A stretch of DNA of 64,000 nucleotides from Cirrosporium novae-zelandiae. Its lineage: Eukaryota. Below the pieces are notes generated by a model. That model was given only the letters and a program-made list of their open reading frames with translations, had not been told where the DNA came from and ran no database searches. Numbering within the stretch: the stretch's first letter is position 1; each line of letters opens with the position of its first letter. This document shows positions 1-13,405 of the stretch, piece after piece. The stretch lies in contig JAPETS010000006.1 of the NCBI GenBank assembly GCA_026023565.1, positions 248,001-312,000 on the forward strand, read 5' to 3'. Both the position numbers and the translations under genes were made by a program.

Positions 1-1857
1 CCCCTTTCTTCTCCCTATCTCCTTTCTTTTACTCTTTTGCTCTTTTTCTCTTTTCCCCTCCCGTCGTAGACATGGATAATATGGCGCAAAAAAACAAGAA
101 ACCTTTCCTACATCCCGTCTCTTTTTTGCTTTTCTTTTCTTTTATTTGTTATTTGTAACTTTTTGGTTTTGAAGAAACAAAAAAAGAAAGAAAAGATTGC
201 TTGGCTTTGGCTTTGGCTTTGATGAAGATGGAGATGCGATGCGATGCGATGCAATGCGGGTTACGGATATAGGAGATTGATTAATGGATGGATAATTGGG
301 GTTAGGTAGGTAGGTGGATGGGATGGGATGGTGGGTGACTGGGACTGCTTATTTGATAGGTACATGAATGGGATGAGATGGATGACTTGGATGGATGGCT
401 CGCCCACACACATATTCTAAGCATGTGTAGGTATGTATGGTATTCTATAGGTCCAAGAAAGGGGCGGGAAGAAGCTCAAGAAAACCAAAGAAAGTGAAAA
501 ACGAAAAAAAAAATTTCCATGATTTCAAGGTTTTTTTTTGGAATCCGGAATTGGTTCGGTTTTTGTTGCTGGTTTTATGAAAGTGGGTGGTGGTTGTAGA
601 TGTGGATGGATGGATGGGTGAAGGAGTTATATTAATGGAAATTAGAAGGGTCAATCAGTCAGTCATAAATGGTACCTATATAAGTATCCTATATAAGTAT
701 CAGACAGCACTCATGACAAATTAGCGGTCGTCTATAAAGCGAGAAGAAGGTGAGAAGCAAGAAGATAGATAAGTTTTGGTTAGTTGAAACCGTTGGTTAT
801 TCGGTTATATGTTCCCGGACTTGCTTTCTTGCTTGCTTGCTTATATATAGATTTTGGATATTGGAAAAAGATTCAGCTTGATGGGTGATTGATGTGTTTC
901 GAAAGAGTTCTTGAGCTTTTAGATGCGGAGAGGGGGGGCTGCTTAGTGTTTAGGTGAGTTAGTGATGTTTTCAGGCAGGGTTAGACCAGCAAGCATCCAG
1001 GAGGTGCTACTTTGGTGGTATGGTAGGAAACCCATCTCCGACTAGACAGCAGCTTATGATAATCTCTCACCTTGTCACCCAAAAGCGTTAATATAAAATG
1101 ATTATATTGCCCCCGTCTGCTGTTGATTGTTTGAATTCTACGTGCATGCGAGCATGTGTTTCTGTTTGTCCCCTTTCGGGGGTTTGAAATGTTGTTGTTA
1201 ATTTTTCTTTTTGAATATCTTCCGTGAAGGATATCAAGGAGGAGGGAGGTCTTCCACCCTCTTGTATGAAATTTTTCACTAACACTGGACTAGATTGGTT
1301 TCGAAATTTATATTCTTATAGATATACAGTGTTGTCCAGTCAAATTCGTGACTTTGGGGGGGGGATGACTTCTACTAAAGTTGGAAGTTGGCCATGTCAA
1401 GTATTTCATATCTCACATGCCCCTACATGCGTTTGTTAGCGTGTTCTATGACTCTTGTATCACGATTATGTACTGTACTTCTTCAAATCCGCTAATTCTT
1501 GATTTCAGGCTTTGAGTATAGTGGGAAGTACCCATAGTTCTAAAGAAATCGAGCATCGATGCGACTGATATTCAATATCAATAGCGGATGGTGCCAATAT
1601 ACCTTAAAGGTGAAGCTTATAAAGTGAAGAATTAAGGAGACAAGGTAGTAAGAGGGAGTCATGTGGGTATAGGTGTGAGGTGTTCACGTCTCTCCAGGTT
1701 ATAAAAGAAGTACAAGGACCCCGTACTTCGAGATTCTGCATTATCCTTTAAAACTTGCAGTTTCAGTCAGTCCATACCAACAAGATTCTCATTATACTTC
1801 CAGTGCCAACAACCCGATATACGCACTCTCTCACATATCTCATTGCCCAAAATAAAG

Positions 1858-3220
1858 ATGTCGACGTTTAAACGCTGGATGGAGGACGACGATGCCATTT
1901 TCGGGTTGAGACACAGCGACTATGCTGTTCCATTACATACTGTAGAGGAGTATGAATATGAGCGACGTGCACTACAAATGGTCCTGGAGCAACCTATATC
2001 TATCAGTACCTTCGGCGAGTTCTTTCAGAATTGTGTCGTTGATGACCACCCCATCTTTACGTAGGCATCAAAGGGTGCCTTGATATATGGAGACGTTGAT
2101 GGCGGAAGCGAGATACTCAAGGCAGAAATATCAGAAAGCTTCAGGGAGAAGCCGCTCACAGAACCTAATCCGGAAATCAAACGAATAAAGACGCGGCTGG
2201 ATCAGTTTGCAAGACGTGCTTCAAGGAAAGGGATTTCAAATCTCATGCCTTGGTTTCTACCATTTACAGTCACCCAGTGTAAATTGGAGGAAGTCTCTAT
2301 CTTGCTTCGATCCTTGAGTCACCAGAGCTGAGTTCCACGCCATCGACCTACACTGATGCTGTTTTCGCTCTTTGAGATGCCAAGAATTAAATACGACAGC
2401 GAGACCATAGGCTTTAAAATAGCTTACGAATTAATCGAAAATCGTATCTTCGTCCGACGCTGGTTCCCTGACAGGCTTGATCGTCACCCAGTAGGTGATC
2501 TGTGGCGCCAGGGCAATGATACACAGAGCAAATACTGGCAAGAAGTTGGTCAGTACATAGAGTTTACTGGAAGACCCATCGATTTTGCGAAGATGATTCT
2601 TCACAAATCTCAAATTCCCTCCCCTGATAAAGTCGCCCCAGAAGTCAAGGACTGGGTTAGAAAACTTGAGCTTGCGATCTGCACCTTTGTTGGAGAAATC
2701 CTCTACCATTACTTTCCCTTGGACTTTCGGTTCACGCTCTGCAGATACCATGAAGGATCTCATATACAAGGTGGAAAGTTACAAGCATAAGCTGTATAAT
2801 ACCCCATATCCGGGTTACAGCCTCCCTAAAAATGGGCAGGAGCCTAGCAATGACAAGGAAGATAATGATGAGGATAGTGATTCTTTCTCCGGCTGGTCTG
2901 TGTCAGAGCCACCTAAATCCGGCCTTCCCATACTGCACCCAGAGAACCAACTGCCCCGGATGAAGCCAGAAACCCGCGCTGATCCTAAGAATCTTTTGGT
3001 GGGTATACAGGAATATCTCAGCGAATAAATTTTCGCCCATGAGCAGCAAGAGTTGATAATTCGAGACATGACTAAGTGGGCATGTGAGTTCGGAAGAGAT
3101 GATATCGCGAGACAGCTTGCTAAATATTGGGGGGATGGCAAGAAACGCTTGTTGGAGTTATACACCTCTCAGTCCATTGAAAGCCTATCCAAGGAGCCCA
3201 AGAAGGAACTGGAACATTGA
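1858..3220 (+). pseudogene. Disrupted ~450-codon gene of unknown family
   Basis: ATG at 1858, downstream of TATAAAAG (~1700). ORFs 1843-2064, 2080-2331 and 2356-2790 share one frame and are separated only by TAG (2062) and TGA (2329). The frame shifts near 2660-2750 into ORF 2666-3028, which continues past TAA (3026) to TGA at 3218-3220. No convincing introns remove all the lesions. Confidence 0.6.
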
Positions 3221-4072
3221 GAGGGTTTTGAGGAGGGGACACTTGATGATAGATGTTTGATGATCTTTTCTGTCATTTGTTAGCGTTGTTGAAACTGTTT
3301 CTTTCAATGTAGAGAGCTTAAATGGGCATTTCATACGGTGACCATCACACTTGTTTGGAGATCTGATTCAATTAAAGCTATTCTTTCATGAGTTTTATGA
3401 TATGTCCGGGACTCTAGAGAAGCTTGGGATTTCAAAATCTTTCAGCATTTTCGGTTCGTGATCACTAATTAGAAGTAAACAAAACTCGGTTGAATTGTTT
3501 CTTCACCCCCTCGTAAGCGTAGATCAAATCTAGAAGTTGTTTAAATTTCCTTTATGGGAAGAAATGACCTCAAGGCTGATGGAATATTGACGATAAAAGG
3601 GAACTAGAGCCCCCAAATATTTTCTCCGAGGATATCTCCGGTGATTCAATCCACCAGAAACATCGACCTTGTCCCTTTTTGTATGTATTTACGCCTTTTG
3701 AATGATAGGCGGAAAGGGTTAACCAGTAGATTGTTATCGGAACTTCTGTTTTTCCCGCCTCCGTATAATCTTCAGTTGTACAAGCCTCGGCTGGGATCAC
3801 TGTAGGCAATAAGCTTCAAGGACAAGCGGGGCATATGTTCCACAAATGGACAGGTGGGGTAAAGAGGGCTTACATAGTGTCCGTATATGCGAAATACCTC
3901 AATGTGATGGACTGATATATGGAATGACTCTTTGATCTATAAACCCGGTTCTTGCTACGTCCATTGAATATATATCGAACAGATACAAGCTATAGCAGTG
4001 GTGACAACAATATCCAAACCGGAATACATAGTGAAGTATAAGTATTTGAACTCCCAGGCCTATAAAGACAAA

Positions 4073-5022
4073 ATGGCAAACTTCCCCAAGCTTCAACCAG
4101 CTTTGAGCATCAAGGTACTAATACTACATTCATAATGCATGGATGACTTAGTTGATATTTGACTATAGGTCACCATTGACCCCCCATTCGGTGTTGGTAA
4201 GTAACAATTGAATTGAAATGGCAAAATTTGTTATAGTACAAAACTGATTGATGCTTTTTACTTTAGGTAGCGCATCTAAAGGAACGCCCTTGGCCGTTGT
4301 GGTACGTTAACCCCGTAGGAGGATACATATGCACAATATCCGAGCTATAACCAGCTAACTGATATTTTTCTTAGCCGATGACTGGGGGGACCGTGAAAAG
4401 CGAACCAGGCTTCTCACCAGTCATCGATGCAGAATTCGTAGGGACTGGGAATGATTATATCCATACCGACCCAGACGGGAGATTTATGAGGTTGGATGCT
4501 CATGGAGTCCTTAAGTATGAATGCTCTCTAATATTGACATAAATTGAAATAATCATTCTAATGGATGTCGTTAGGAACAAATCCGATGGAGCGGTTAGTG
4601 TTAAAAGAGAATATCCATGGCATTCCAAGCATACTGACGATGGTTGTTAGCTTATATACCTACATTACAATGGTACCGTAGATAACAAACCGGCAGTCGG
4701 TGCCGTGCTTTCGGGAAGCCTAGATGCTAAAACGACCGAGTTCGGAACCATATGTATGTTTGAACTTAGCCTGCCCCTTTGACGCATCTTTGGCACTGTA
4801 GAAGCTGACTTGCCGACCTATAGTTAACCATATGACCTTCGAGGTAAGGAATAACTCATTCATAGCAAGGGATATGCTAAGATATGAAACTCGGAATAGA
4901 CCGGCGAGGGTAAGTACAAGGAGCTCGAATGCGGACATTTTGTTGGCTCCGGAAGGTTCGTATATGAACAAGGGAAACCAGTTATTGTTGAGTACAACAT
5001 GAGCAAGGTCGTGCAGGGGTAA
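4073..5022 (+). CDS. DUF3237/UPF0311 family beta-barrel protein (8 exons)
   Basis: Spliced reading: MANFPKLQPALSIK|VTIDPPFGVG|SASKGTPLAVV|PMTGGTVKSEPGF..GNDYIHTDPDGRFMRLDAHGVLK|NKSDGA|LIYLHYNG..|FNHMTFE|TGEGKYKELE..FVGSGRFV..VEYNMSKVVQG*. All 7 introns are GT-AG. Confidence 0.85.
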
Positions 5023-5149
5023 TGATATCTACCAAATGATCCTCGAGAACATGTGTCCTAGCTAGCACAAGGTACAATGTTAATCCGCATTTCAATTGTC
5101 CTCGACCATGTGTTCCATGGATAGATGGGTATAGAATAATCCATACTGC

Positions 5150-5809
5150 TCAACCTAAGAGAGGTCTCCTTTCATCCACGCCATCTTCCTCTCTTCTCTG
5201 CTTTTTCCAAGGTGTCCAGACCCACCAATGACGTCTTTGGGTATCCCCGTTGGGGTTCCAAACCCTCCACCAGTGTGCCTTTCTGCGCTTCCATTTTTTC
5301 CATGCCCATTTTCCGAACCATACAATTAACCATGCCAATGCCGCTGCTGCAAGTGTAGATAAAACAGATGCGAGGCATGCCAGGAAGGTAATTGTGCTAA
5401 CATGACATCCTAATGGTCTTGATCGGAGTTCCCAGCGTTCGTTGCGGAGGGGACAGAGATCGGCGCGACTGAAGGGCGCGAAGATGGGAGCACCTGCGGG
5501 GTGGGGAACACAGGTGGAGGACTGTGAATGAATAGGTTAGAACAATCATGAAGAGGGTTATCTCCTCATATTTCTCTGTAGTGCGAGGCTCCATACGAAA
5601 GGACACCAACTACATCCTGATCTGCTAGCAAGACAACTATCGCAGCTCTGGAAAGAGTAACGCCAGCATTGTTTGAATCGTTCTCCGGACTCCGGAGAAA
5701 TCGGAGAAAGGGACAAATTTGAATACGGTTGACAAGAAAGCAAGTTGTCATGCATATGCGACAGTGAATGTGAATTGTCCCCTAGAGAATTGGATTTGTA
5801 CTCTGTCAT
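5150..5809 (-). CDS. PSI (plexin-repeat)-domain single-pass membrane protein
   Basis: Exon 1 ends CWRYSFQSCDSCLASRSGCSWCPF, then a GTATGG..CACAG intron. Exon 2 reads SSTCVP..CPLRNERWELRSRPLGCHVSTITFL, followed by a transmembrane segment, a basic stop-transfer stretch and C-terminal DERRPLLG. Confidence 0.8.
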
Positions 5810-6087
5810 ACTCTATGTTGATTATCATTTGACATGACACGGCCCCTCTCTGGCGGGCATGAAGTGGGGCTAAGGTATCGAAATCTAGAAGACGCTGCTA
5901 ACTCCATGGAACAGCCGAAGTCCTCCCACCCCCAAGGTTTCTTATCAACTAACTGCACGCAATAAGCAAGCCAGCCACAAGTTCATGAGTATTTGAACCT
6001 AATCAATCATTAACTGACATATCCATAATGTGCTATATACATTTTTTCTCAAGGCATTCTTTCATTCATCACTCTCCCCGAACCTCC

Positions 6088-7332
6088 TCAATAATAAGTA
6101 GCATAACTTGAATTTCCACTGATAACATCCACGAAATTCTTTGCGATGATTCGATCCGTTTGTTCTGATGGGTGTAATATATCATACCAAAGCATGGAAT
6201 CTGGAGAGTCTTGATTGTAGTAAGTACATACGCTTCCATCCACAGTGCAATGATACTCATATCCGGTCACGTTTGCTGGTGCTGAGCCGTTTAAGTAAGC
6301 CGTCGGGTCATTGTAGATGTCAAGTATCTAAATGTATAAGCATCCAATTATCTCCTAGAAATATCCTAGATCTATATCCGCGGAAACGGGTAGCTCACCA
6401 ATTGATCCACGTCATAGACTGCAAAACTAGCACCAGGGAATCTATCTGCAACAATGGACTCGTATGGAACCTTGTATCGGTAGACCGTATTCACCGTTGT
6501 AACATATTCCTTCATCTGCTCTTCAATAGCTGTCAAATTGCTCCCTTTATCTGGCCAGAAATTGTTTGCCCCTATACCTCCATAGGAGGCATTGGCATAT
6601 AATGGAGCAACATATAAAGGAGCAAGATTATTGATGACGAAGAACCTCCCACCCTGAAGGTATAGCTGATCGAATACTTTAAAAACACAGTTCACATAGT
6701 CAGTTAGGGTATTTCCGGGGATCTGACTATCTGTGATGAATGCATTATTCCCAAGATCATTCGTTCCAATCCAGATGGCATATACTGCATTGTCTGCTGT
6801 GAGAGCAGGCGTGAAGTATGGTGTGTTGGTACCATTCCTAACAGCAGGCTTATCTGCCAGAAAAGCAGGTACTTCATATTCGAGAACTGCTGGATAACTG
6901 TCATTGATTGTAGAAAGCCAACGAGGTGAGACGTTGTTCGAGCAGACAGCTCCAGAAACTGCATAATTATATAATGTAAGTTGAGGATCCCATGTGGAAT
7001 TCACCGTAGATCCAGTATACTGCACAACATAACGGGGCCAGGTCCGTCCACCACCGGAGGTGACAAGGTTTTCCGGGAGGAATGTCCCAGCAGGAGGGGC
7101 AGATCCATGCAAGCCGAAATAATTCAGACGATTCTCATCGGTGTAACTGCGTTTTTGTTAACATAAGACTGCCATCGGGGAAATCTCGGTGGTTTGACCT
7201 GTCTCCGAAAACAATGAAATTGTCAAAATTGTTTAGTTGCCACGCATTAGATGCACGTCGCTGTCTCTGTAAAGCTATAACATTGGGTATCAGAGTAAGA
7301 GTGCATGCTATAAGCGCGAGAGAGGACCACAT
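6088..7332 (-). CDS. Secreted GDSL/SGNH esterase, CE16 acetylesterase-like
   Basis: Signal peptide. The FGDS|YTD motif is split by an intron. Also NYAVSGA, WIGTND and C-terminal WYDILHP (DxxH). Two introns. Confidence 0.9.
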
Positions 7333-10051
7333 ATTGTCTTATCTAATGTATTTCATACAGTACATGAAACATTGGAGTTTGTGGAAATTCCACTGGAGCC
7401 CTGGAGCTTTATATGCACCAACGATACACAGGTAATACTTTCGAACGGAAACGATTGAGTTGCGGAGAATGTTACAGTGCATGAATCAGTCACACCCGAC
7501 AATACTAACATACACCATGCCGACCACGAGGTGAAGCTTGCTTGCTTTGATATATTAAAAGAGCAAAGAACGGAAATAAATGCGGAGGATTGCTAGTTCC
7601 CCATCCGTGCCCAAACAGGTGGATGTGGGGAGCAAATAACAGTCATTGGATATGTAGTCGGATGATATTAGGCTAATTATCTGAGTAATGCAAATAATGC
7701 ATTTTGAAAGGTGGTGCAAGTGATAACAAACAGTAGAAAGGGAATAGTGAGGGGTATTTGGGATTGATGAGGGGCACTAGGGGTTTGTGTATTCATTGAT
7801 GTGGGATGCATTGATCTGCACAAGGTACTTCAACCAAAGAAGCTCTTTTGTAGGTGTGGTTCGAAAGAAACCCCTCCTCGAAAGTACTGTGGAAATAATG
7901 TTAGGATTTGGTGGGTTGCTCTTCCTGTAGACTTCAAGCGGTGAAAGAATCATTTAAGACCCCACATTGTCCATCATCGAATATTCCCGCATCCTAACTA
8001 CAGGAGTAGAATATATGGAATTTCCAAGGAAAAAGATGGGATGGTTATTATATATATATATTATTCAGAGCATGGCGGTGTTTGAAAGCATAATTTGTAC
8101 CTGAGAAGAATTCTTGGACGAACAAGAAGGCATCTCGGGTGTGGCTGAAGGTTTCCTAGATTGGATTATTTTTGTGTAAGTTTGCCGGTCCCTAATACGA
8201 AGCTAATGGATCATTCAACCTGTTGGTTCTGGAATCCATGTTGAGTTATTTATTTTATCTTGTGAGTAAATCAAGTCCAGTTGTGTTGAGATTCTGCAAC
8301 CATCGAAATCGAGACATGTTACAACTCTGCTAGGTTAATATTTGATGAAATGGCATCATGATTCATTCCATTCATGACACATGTTTGAATGTGAATCTCG
8401 CCGCTCCGTCTGTTGTGATTATTTCTCCGTGTAGGCCTCAGGTTTTCCATCAAGTCGGTTGTAAAAGATCTTCGCCGGCTTCCGTAAGTTTGACTAGCTC
8501 ATGTTGCGGTGAAGTTAAGCAACAACGACGTGTATCAGAGTTTCCGAAATCTTAAACAAGTTTCCTATCTGTTAACTTCATAGATAGCAAGGTTTGGAAA
8601 AAGAAGAAGATGATGATGACGAAGGAGGATAAGGGGGAAACAGTGATAAAAATTTCCCATCTATTGTGTGAGAAGCATTGGTTGAATAGATACTTTTTGA
8701 AAGCCATGTGTGTGTTGGGAGTATTATGTTTTGTTTTGTTTTGTTGTGTGTGCAGATAATAAAAAAGACTCTAACAGCAGTTATGGTTGCAGTGAAATTC
8801 TTGGATTAAATCGAGGACAACGGCAAGCGCCACAAACGTAAAGTGTTTATGCGCCCGGGTCCGATACATCTGCCTTCCAAAACTCAGGAGACGTGGCTCA
8901 AGTATCAACCGAATACATAGGATACGAATATCAAACCTGGTTAATTCTCCACTATTTTGCAGTCTAACTTACTCATAATCGTCTGCAAAAAAATGGCTCA
9001 TTGTAATTTCATCCATGACCTGGAGAAATTCTAGAGTGTGCAATAGGAGTAAAACAAGGACCAGGAAGACTTGTTTGTTACAGAATAGAATACAGAAAAT
9101 CCTCCGTCTGAGCTGTCAATGTCTGGTGGAAAGTATCTTATAGCTTATAGGGAGATGAGGTATTTTCTGGGTTGTCGTAAAATTCCCTCTCTAAATTTCA
9201 AAATTGAAAATCAAAAAAAGAAAGAAAGAAGAAAAAAACCAAAATTCCAAATTCCAAATTCCCGTGAACTTTCACAGGGTTTACATGTCCAAAATAAGAA
9301 AGCAATGAGCGACTTCTAGCGACTCCAGCGACTGCAGAGAGCCACAAATTAAAGTGCTGGATTAGATCCGCGCCTATGAGACTTTGTGGTTGGCCATTGG
9401 TCTCGGTTACTTTTGGTTGACCGCCCACGCCGCCCAAGGGGCTGTAAGGCCGCTGTAGGCCAATGCAAAGACCAGGGTTGTTTTCCAGGGCAGGCCAGGG
9501 GTGTTGGGAAGGCTCAGGAACATGAGTTTTGGTACCACTGTACATGTACTACATATGTACTACTAAGCTGTAAGACCTGTAAAGGTTGTAATGACCTGTA
9601 AGCTGGTGGCGGAAGGAAGCCCGTCAACTTTTGACAGTTTTCGATCAAAGCTTCAAAAGCTGATCTCCTGATTCGGAATTTCAAATGTAATTCCATGATA
9701 TCAACAGCAAATCCTAGTGGGTGACTTTTAGCCAGACCCTCTTGCCATTGTCCGATATTCTCCTAGCTTTCATCTGAATACACATCCAAAGTCACTCAGA
9801 GCCACCCGTGTACACCCGTCAAGCTCTGACTGTACCCAGCAATCATGGATCAAGCTATTAGCTCTTCTAGCATGACTCCAACCCGCATCGCACTCTATTT
9901 ATATTTGCTCCTCGCGCCGTCTTGTAGAAAAAAAATTATTGTTAAAAAAGAAATCTGCATAGGAATAATACGCCTTGCTTCTAATATATCCCTTTTTTTT
10001 TCTCTTGTTGAATTCGTCTTTCTTGGTCATTGACCTAATTGACTTTCCAAT

Positions 10052-11626
10052 ATGGCTTCCCTCTTGCCTGTTGAGATAATACAGAACATCTTTTCGCATT
10101 TAACCCCCGAGAACTTCGACTCTGCAAGACTCGTCTGCCAATCATGGCGATTCGCCTCCTTCTCCTCACATGTGCTTCGGAAGCAGCTTGAGCAAATTCC
10201 AGTAAAAATTCCAAAGGTCGACGAGTCCGTTCCACAGCCCACTGTCTATCAACTACACGATGCCTTCAGACAAGCTGCCTTTGCGTGTTTGTTCGGAATG
10301 CGTGACAAGATTACAAGAACATCAGAAACAATCAAGATGCCAAATACAACTGGAACCAACGTAATATGGGCGAAATCAGGTGATGGAAAAACTTTGGCTT
10401 CTTTCCATAGTGGTCGTCTCGAGGTTTTTGATCTGACTCATCAAACTCCAGAGCTGGTATCATCGCGGTCACTTTACCCTCTTTGGACGAGTGTCAGCCG
10501 TGCTATCACAGATGGCATGACATCTTGGCTCTCAATGGCTCCTCCATATGCAACTTATCGGTTGGCCTTATCAAGCAATGGAGAAATGTTAGCGGTTGCT
10601 CTTGCCCGAACCATTCAATTCTACGACTTGCGACCGGGAGAAGAAGACACCGATCCAATCGAGTTGGTTCTTAATGTACCTGTTCAGAAGCCTGTGGCTG
10701 CTGCTTGGACCGATGTCAAAGGCGTCATTGAATCAATCGATTTTACTGATTCTGATCGCTTACTGAGAATTAGAGTAGGAAGAGAAGGAGTGGTAAAAGA
10801 GTCTGCTAGAATTAGATATTATGGGATTCCAGCAGCACGTCCCAAATTTGAGATGGACCGTGAGCCAGAGGAGCTAGAGCCCCCAAGAGAATTATTCGAG
10901 TACTGGAAACGAGCAGCCAACTATGTTTTCACCGATTCCGTCGCTTTGTCTCAGACCTTGATTTCGGGAGAAAGCCTCTACCTACGTGGCATGCAGCTAC
11001 TTCCATGGTCAGCACCCACCACAGTAGGGTACCAAGGGCGAATGTTCGTTGCCCTCCTCCAATGTCAAGTTCAGAGCAACTACTGTGTGGGAGTCATCAC
11101 CCGCCTAGGAGAAGCCATGATACTCTCCAAACTCCCCAACAGATTCGAGCGACTCACAGGAGATTGGTACAAAAATTCACCCTCAAACCCGCTCCCATGG
11201 GTCGACCCCGCAAACCTGATCGCTACAGCCGCCGAGAAGTTGACCATCTCAATTCCACGATGGGATCCCTGCAACATGCCTCAAGTGACCACTAGCAAGC
11301 CAATCCTCGCCACCGCTGATGATGGTGAACTCATGGCTGTCTTCGAACCAGGTGCGGCTAAACAATATAGCTTCTGCAACGGCGGAGCTATCTATCTCTA
11401 TCGCCTCTCAGGAGCCATGGCACATCCCTACCACAGCGAGAAGCAGACCGCTCAACCTGAAGGGGCCCCCAGCAGAGTGCAGCCATGGTCGTTCCTTCTC
11501 GACACCATCTCGGAAGAGATTCTGAGTCTGAAAATGCAAAGGTCTTCGGAACCTGGAGCATCGAAGACATACATGCTAGAAGCCGAAACCTCGAAGCGTC
11601 GCATCCGTTGGCAACTCGGCGTTTGA
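10052..11626 (+). CDS. F-box protein with WD40-like C-terminal region
   Basis: 524-aa ORF. N-terminal LLPVEIIQNIFSHL..SARLVCQSWR is an F-box, followed by beta-propeller-like repeats (LALSSNGEMLAVA). Confidence 0.85.
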   Translation: MASLLPVEIIQNIFSHLTPENFDSARLVCQSWRFASFSSHVLRKQLEQIPVKIPKVDESVPQPTVYQLHDAFRQAAFACLFGMRDKITRTSETIKMPNTTGTNVIWAKSGDGKTLASFHSGRLEVFDLTHQTPELVSSRSLYPLWTSVSRAITDGMTSWLSMAPPYATYRLALSSNGEMLAVALARTIQFYDLRPGEEDTDPIELVLNVPVQKPVAAAWTDVKGVIESIDFTDSDRLLRIRVGREGVVKESARIRYYGIPAARPKFEMDREPEELEPPRELFEYWKRAANYVFTDSVALSQTLISGESLYLRGMQLLPWSAPTTVGYQGRMFVALLQCQVQSNYCVGVITRLGEAMILSKLPNRFERLTGDWYKNSPSNPLPWVDPANLIATAAEKLTISIPRWDPCNMPQVTTSKPILATADDGELMAVFEPGAAKQYSFCNGGAIYLYRLSGAMAHPYHSEKQTAQPEGAPSRVQPWSFLLDTISEEILSLKMQRSSEPGASKTYMLEAETSKRRIRWQLGV

Positions 11627-13405
11627 AGGTCACTTGGTTTCCACCTGATTTATAAAAACAAAATTTTCTCCGACCAGTGATTCTTAACCACTCGACGCCT
11701 CACTCGGCACCTACATCATATCACATCACCCCACCCCACCTCACCTCATCTCCCCTCCCCTCACATGTCTTGTCCAAACTTCGACCATACACGGCAGCTG
11801 GCGGAGGATCCAGCATCGGGACTCCCAACCCACGCCGATTCAGAAGCAGAGAAGTTTACCTCAAGAAAGTAACGAAGGCTCTCAACCAAAAGAAACAAAT
11901 GAGAGCAAGATCTCAAACACAAACGAGAGACATCAGAGAAAGAGAAAAACATTGAAGCATAGAGAGCAGAGAGCCCTTGGAATGGCGTTTTTACGAGGGC
12001 TTATATATGGGTTTCAGGATATAATATTATAGAAAGAGCTTTAGACACATTGATACCCCTCGGCATTATTAAGATTTTTCTTCTTCTTTTTTCTTTTTAG
12101 GGGGACTATATGGGATAAAAAGGGGAAAAAAGAGAAATTATGATTTTTATTTGCATAATTATTAGATGGAAATATGGGTATTATCTACTTTTTTTTTAAT
12201 TAGAGAGAGAGAGAATGGAAAGGGAAAGTTTTTTTCTCAATGAGGACAAGCAAATGAATACAGAACTCTTCTTTTTTAATATTTGGTTTGAACTCCTTAG
12301 TTCATAGTACATGTAGCTGCCACCCATCCACCATAACCACCCTCCCCAGGCACCGTTATGGCCCATTACTTCACCTCACCACCATCCGCAGCCACCACCA
12401 CCACGATCGCAACCACGATCGCAACTAATAACCCACCACACCTCTAACTTTTAACCTCCCACTTCGATTCGATTCGATCGACATCACCCACCACCATCGT
12501 CATCATCATCACTCAAGCCCAACAACCTACTGAGTATTACCACAAACCAGAAACGAACGGCCCCCCACTGTCCCCCTCCCTTTCTCTACACCCCCCTCAC
12601 CATCACCCTCCACCATTAACCATAAATATCCAAGAACCATAACAAACAAACAAACAAACAAACAAACAAAATGTAGATCTAAATAAATAAAATAAATAAA
12701 ATAAATAAGCGTTTTAGTCTACTTATCTATGATTTTTCAAGTATTTATTTACATCCCAGCCACACTTACCTAGCCTCGAAACTAATACTAAACAACAAGT
12801 ATTGTTATGAAATTAAATTTAAATTTCAGGTTTAAAAAGGAGTAAAGAAAAGTATTACGTGAGGATGAATGGAAAAGATTTATGTCCAACATTATAACTT
12901 AGAGTCCCTTTTTCTTTCCTTTTCTCTAATTTCCCAAAAGAGTTCAAGATGGATGGCTTTGGATTGGAATAATACAATAATTAGAATACCCTACCTACCT
13001 AATAATACGTTGATAACTTTCTAAGGACTTACTTACTGCTGTAGCTGTAAACTTTGAGCGAAAAGGTACATACACAGTACCTAGTAGGTTTTCGCAGCAA
13101 TGTTCCTCCCGAAACTCAGATTTGCGTCATTATTGAGTGATTTTGATTTCCGTTGCTGCGAGAGCGAGCGAGGACGTGAGCCGTTGAGTGATCCTGAGGC
13201 CTGGCTGCTGACTGCTGACTGCTGACAAGTTTACAACAGCGTGTGCACACCCCGCGGAATATTAACTTATTATTGATCTTTTGAATGTACACATTACTTA
13301 CATTAAAAGTACTAATTAGATTATCACATTGAACCAAACAAAACCCCCCCTCCCATTTTCGAAGATCATTACTACATATATACCTACAAGAATACAAAAA
13401 AAAAT

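Noticed and set aside
29..73. ATG at 73 on the minus strand as a gene running off the window
   Set aside because: The frame stops after 14 codons in low-complexity purine-rich sequence.
11680..13000. Short ORFs and (AAAC)n/(AAAT)n/(CAC)n tracts downstream of the F-box gene
   Set aside because: Ordinary low-complexity intergenic or UTR sequence.
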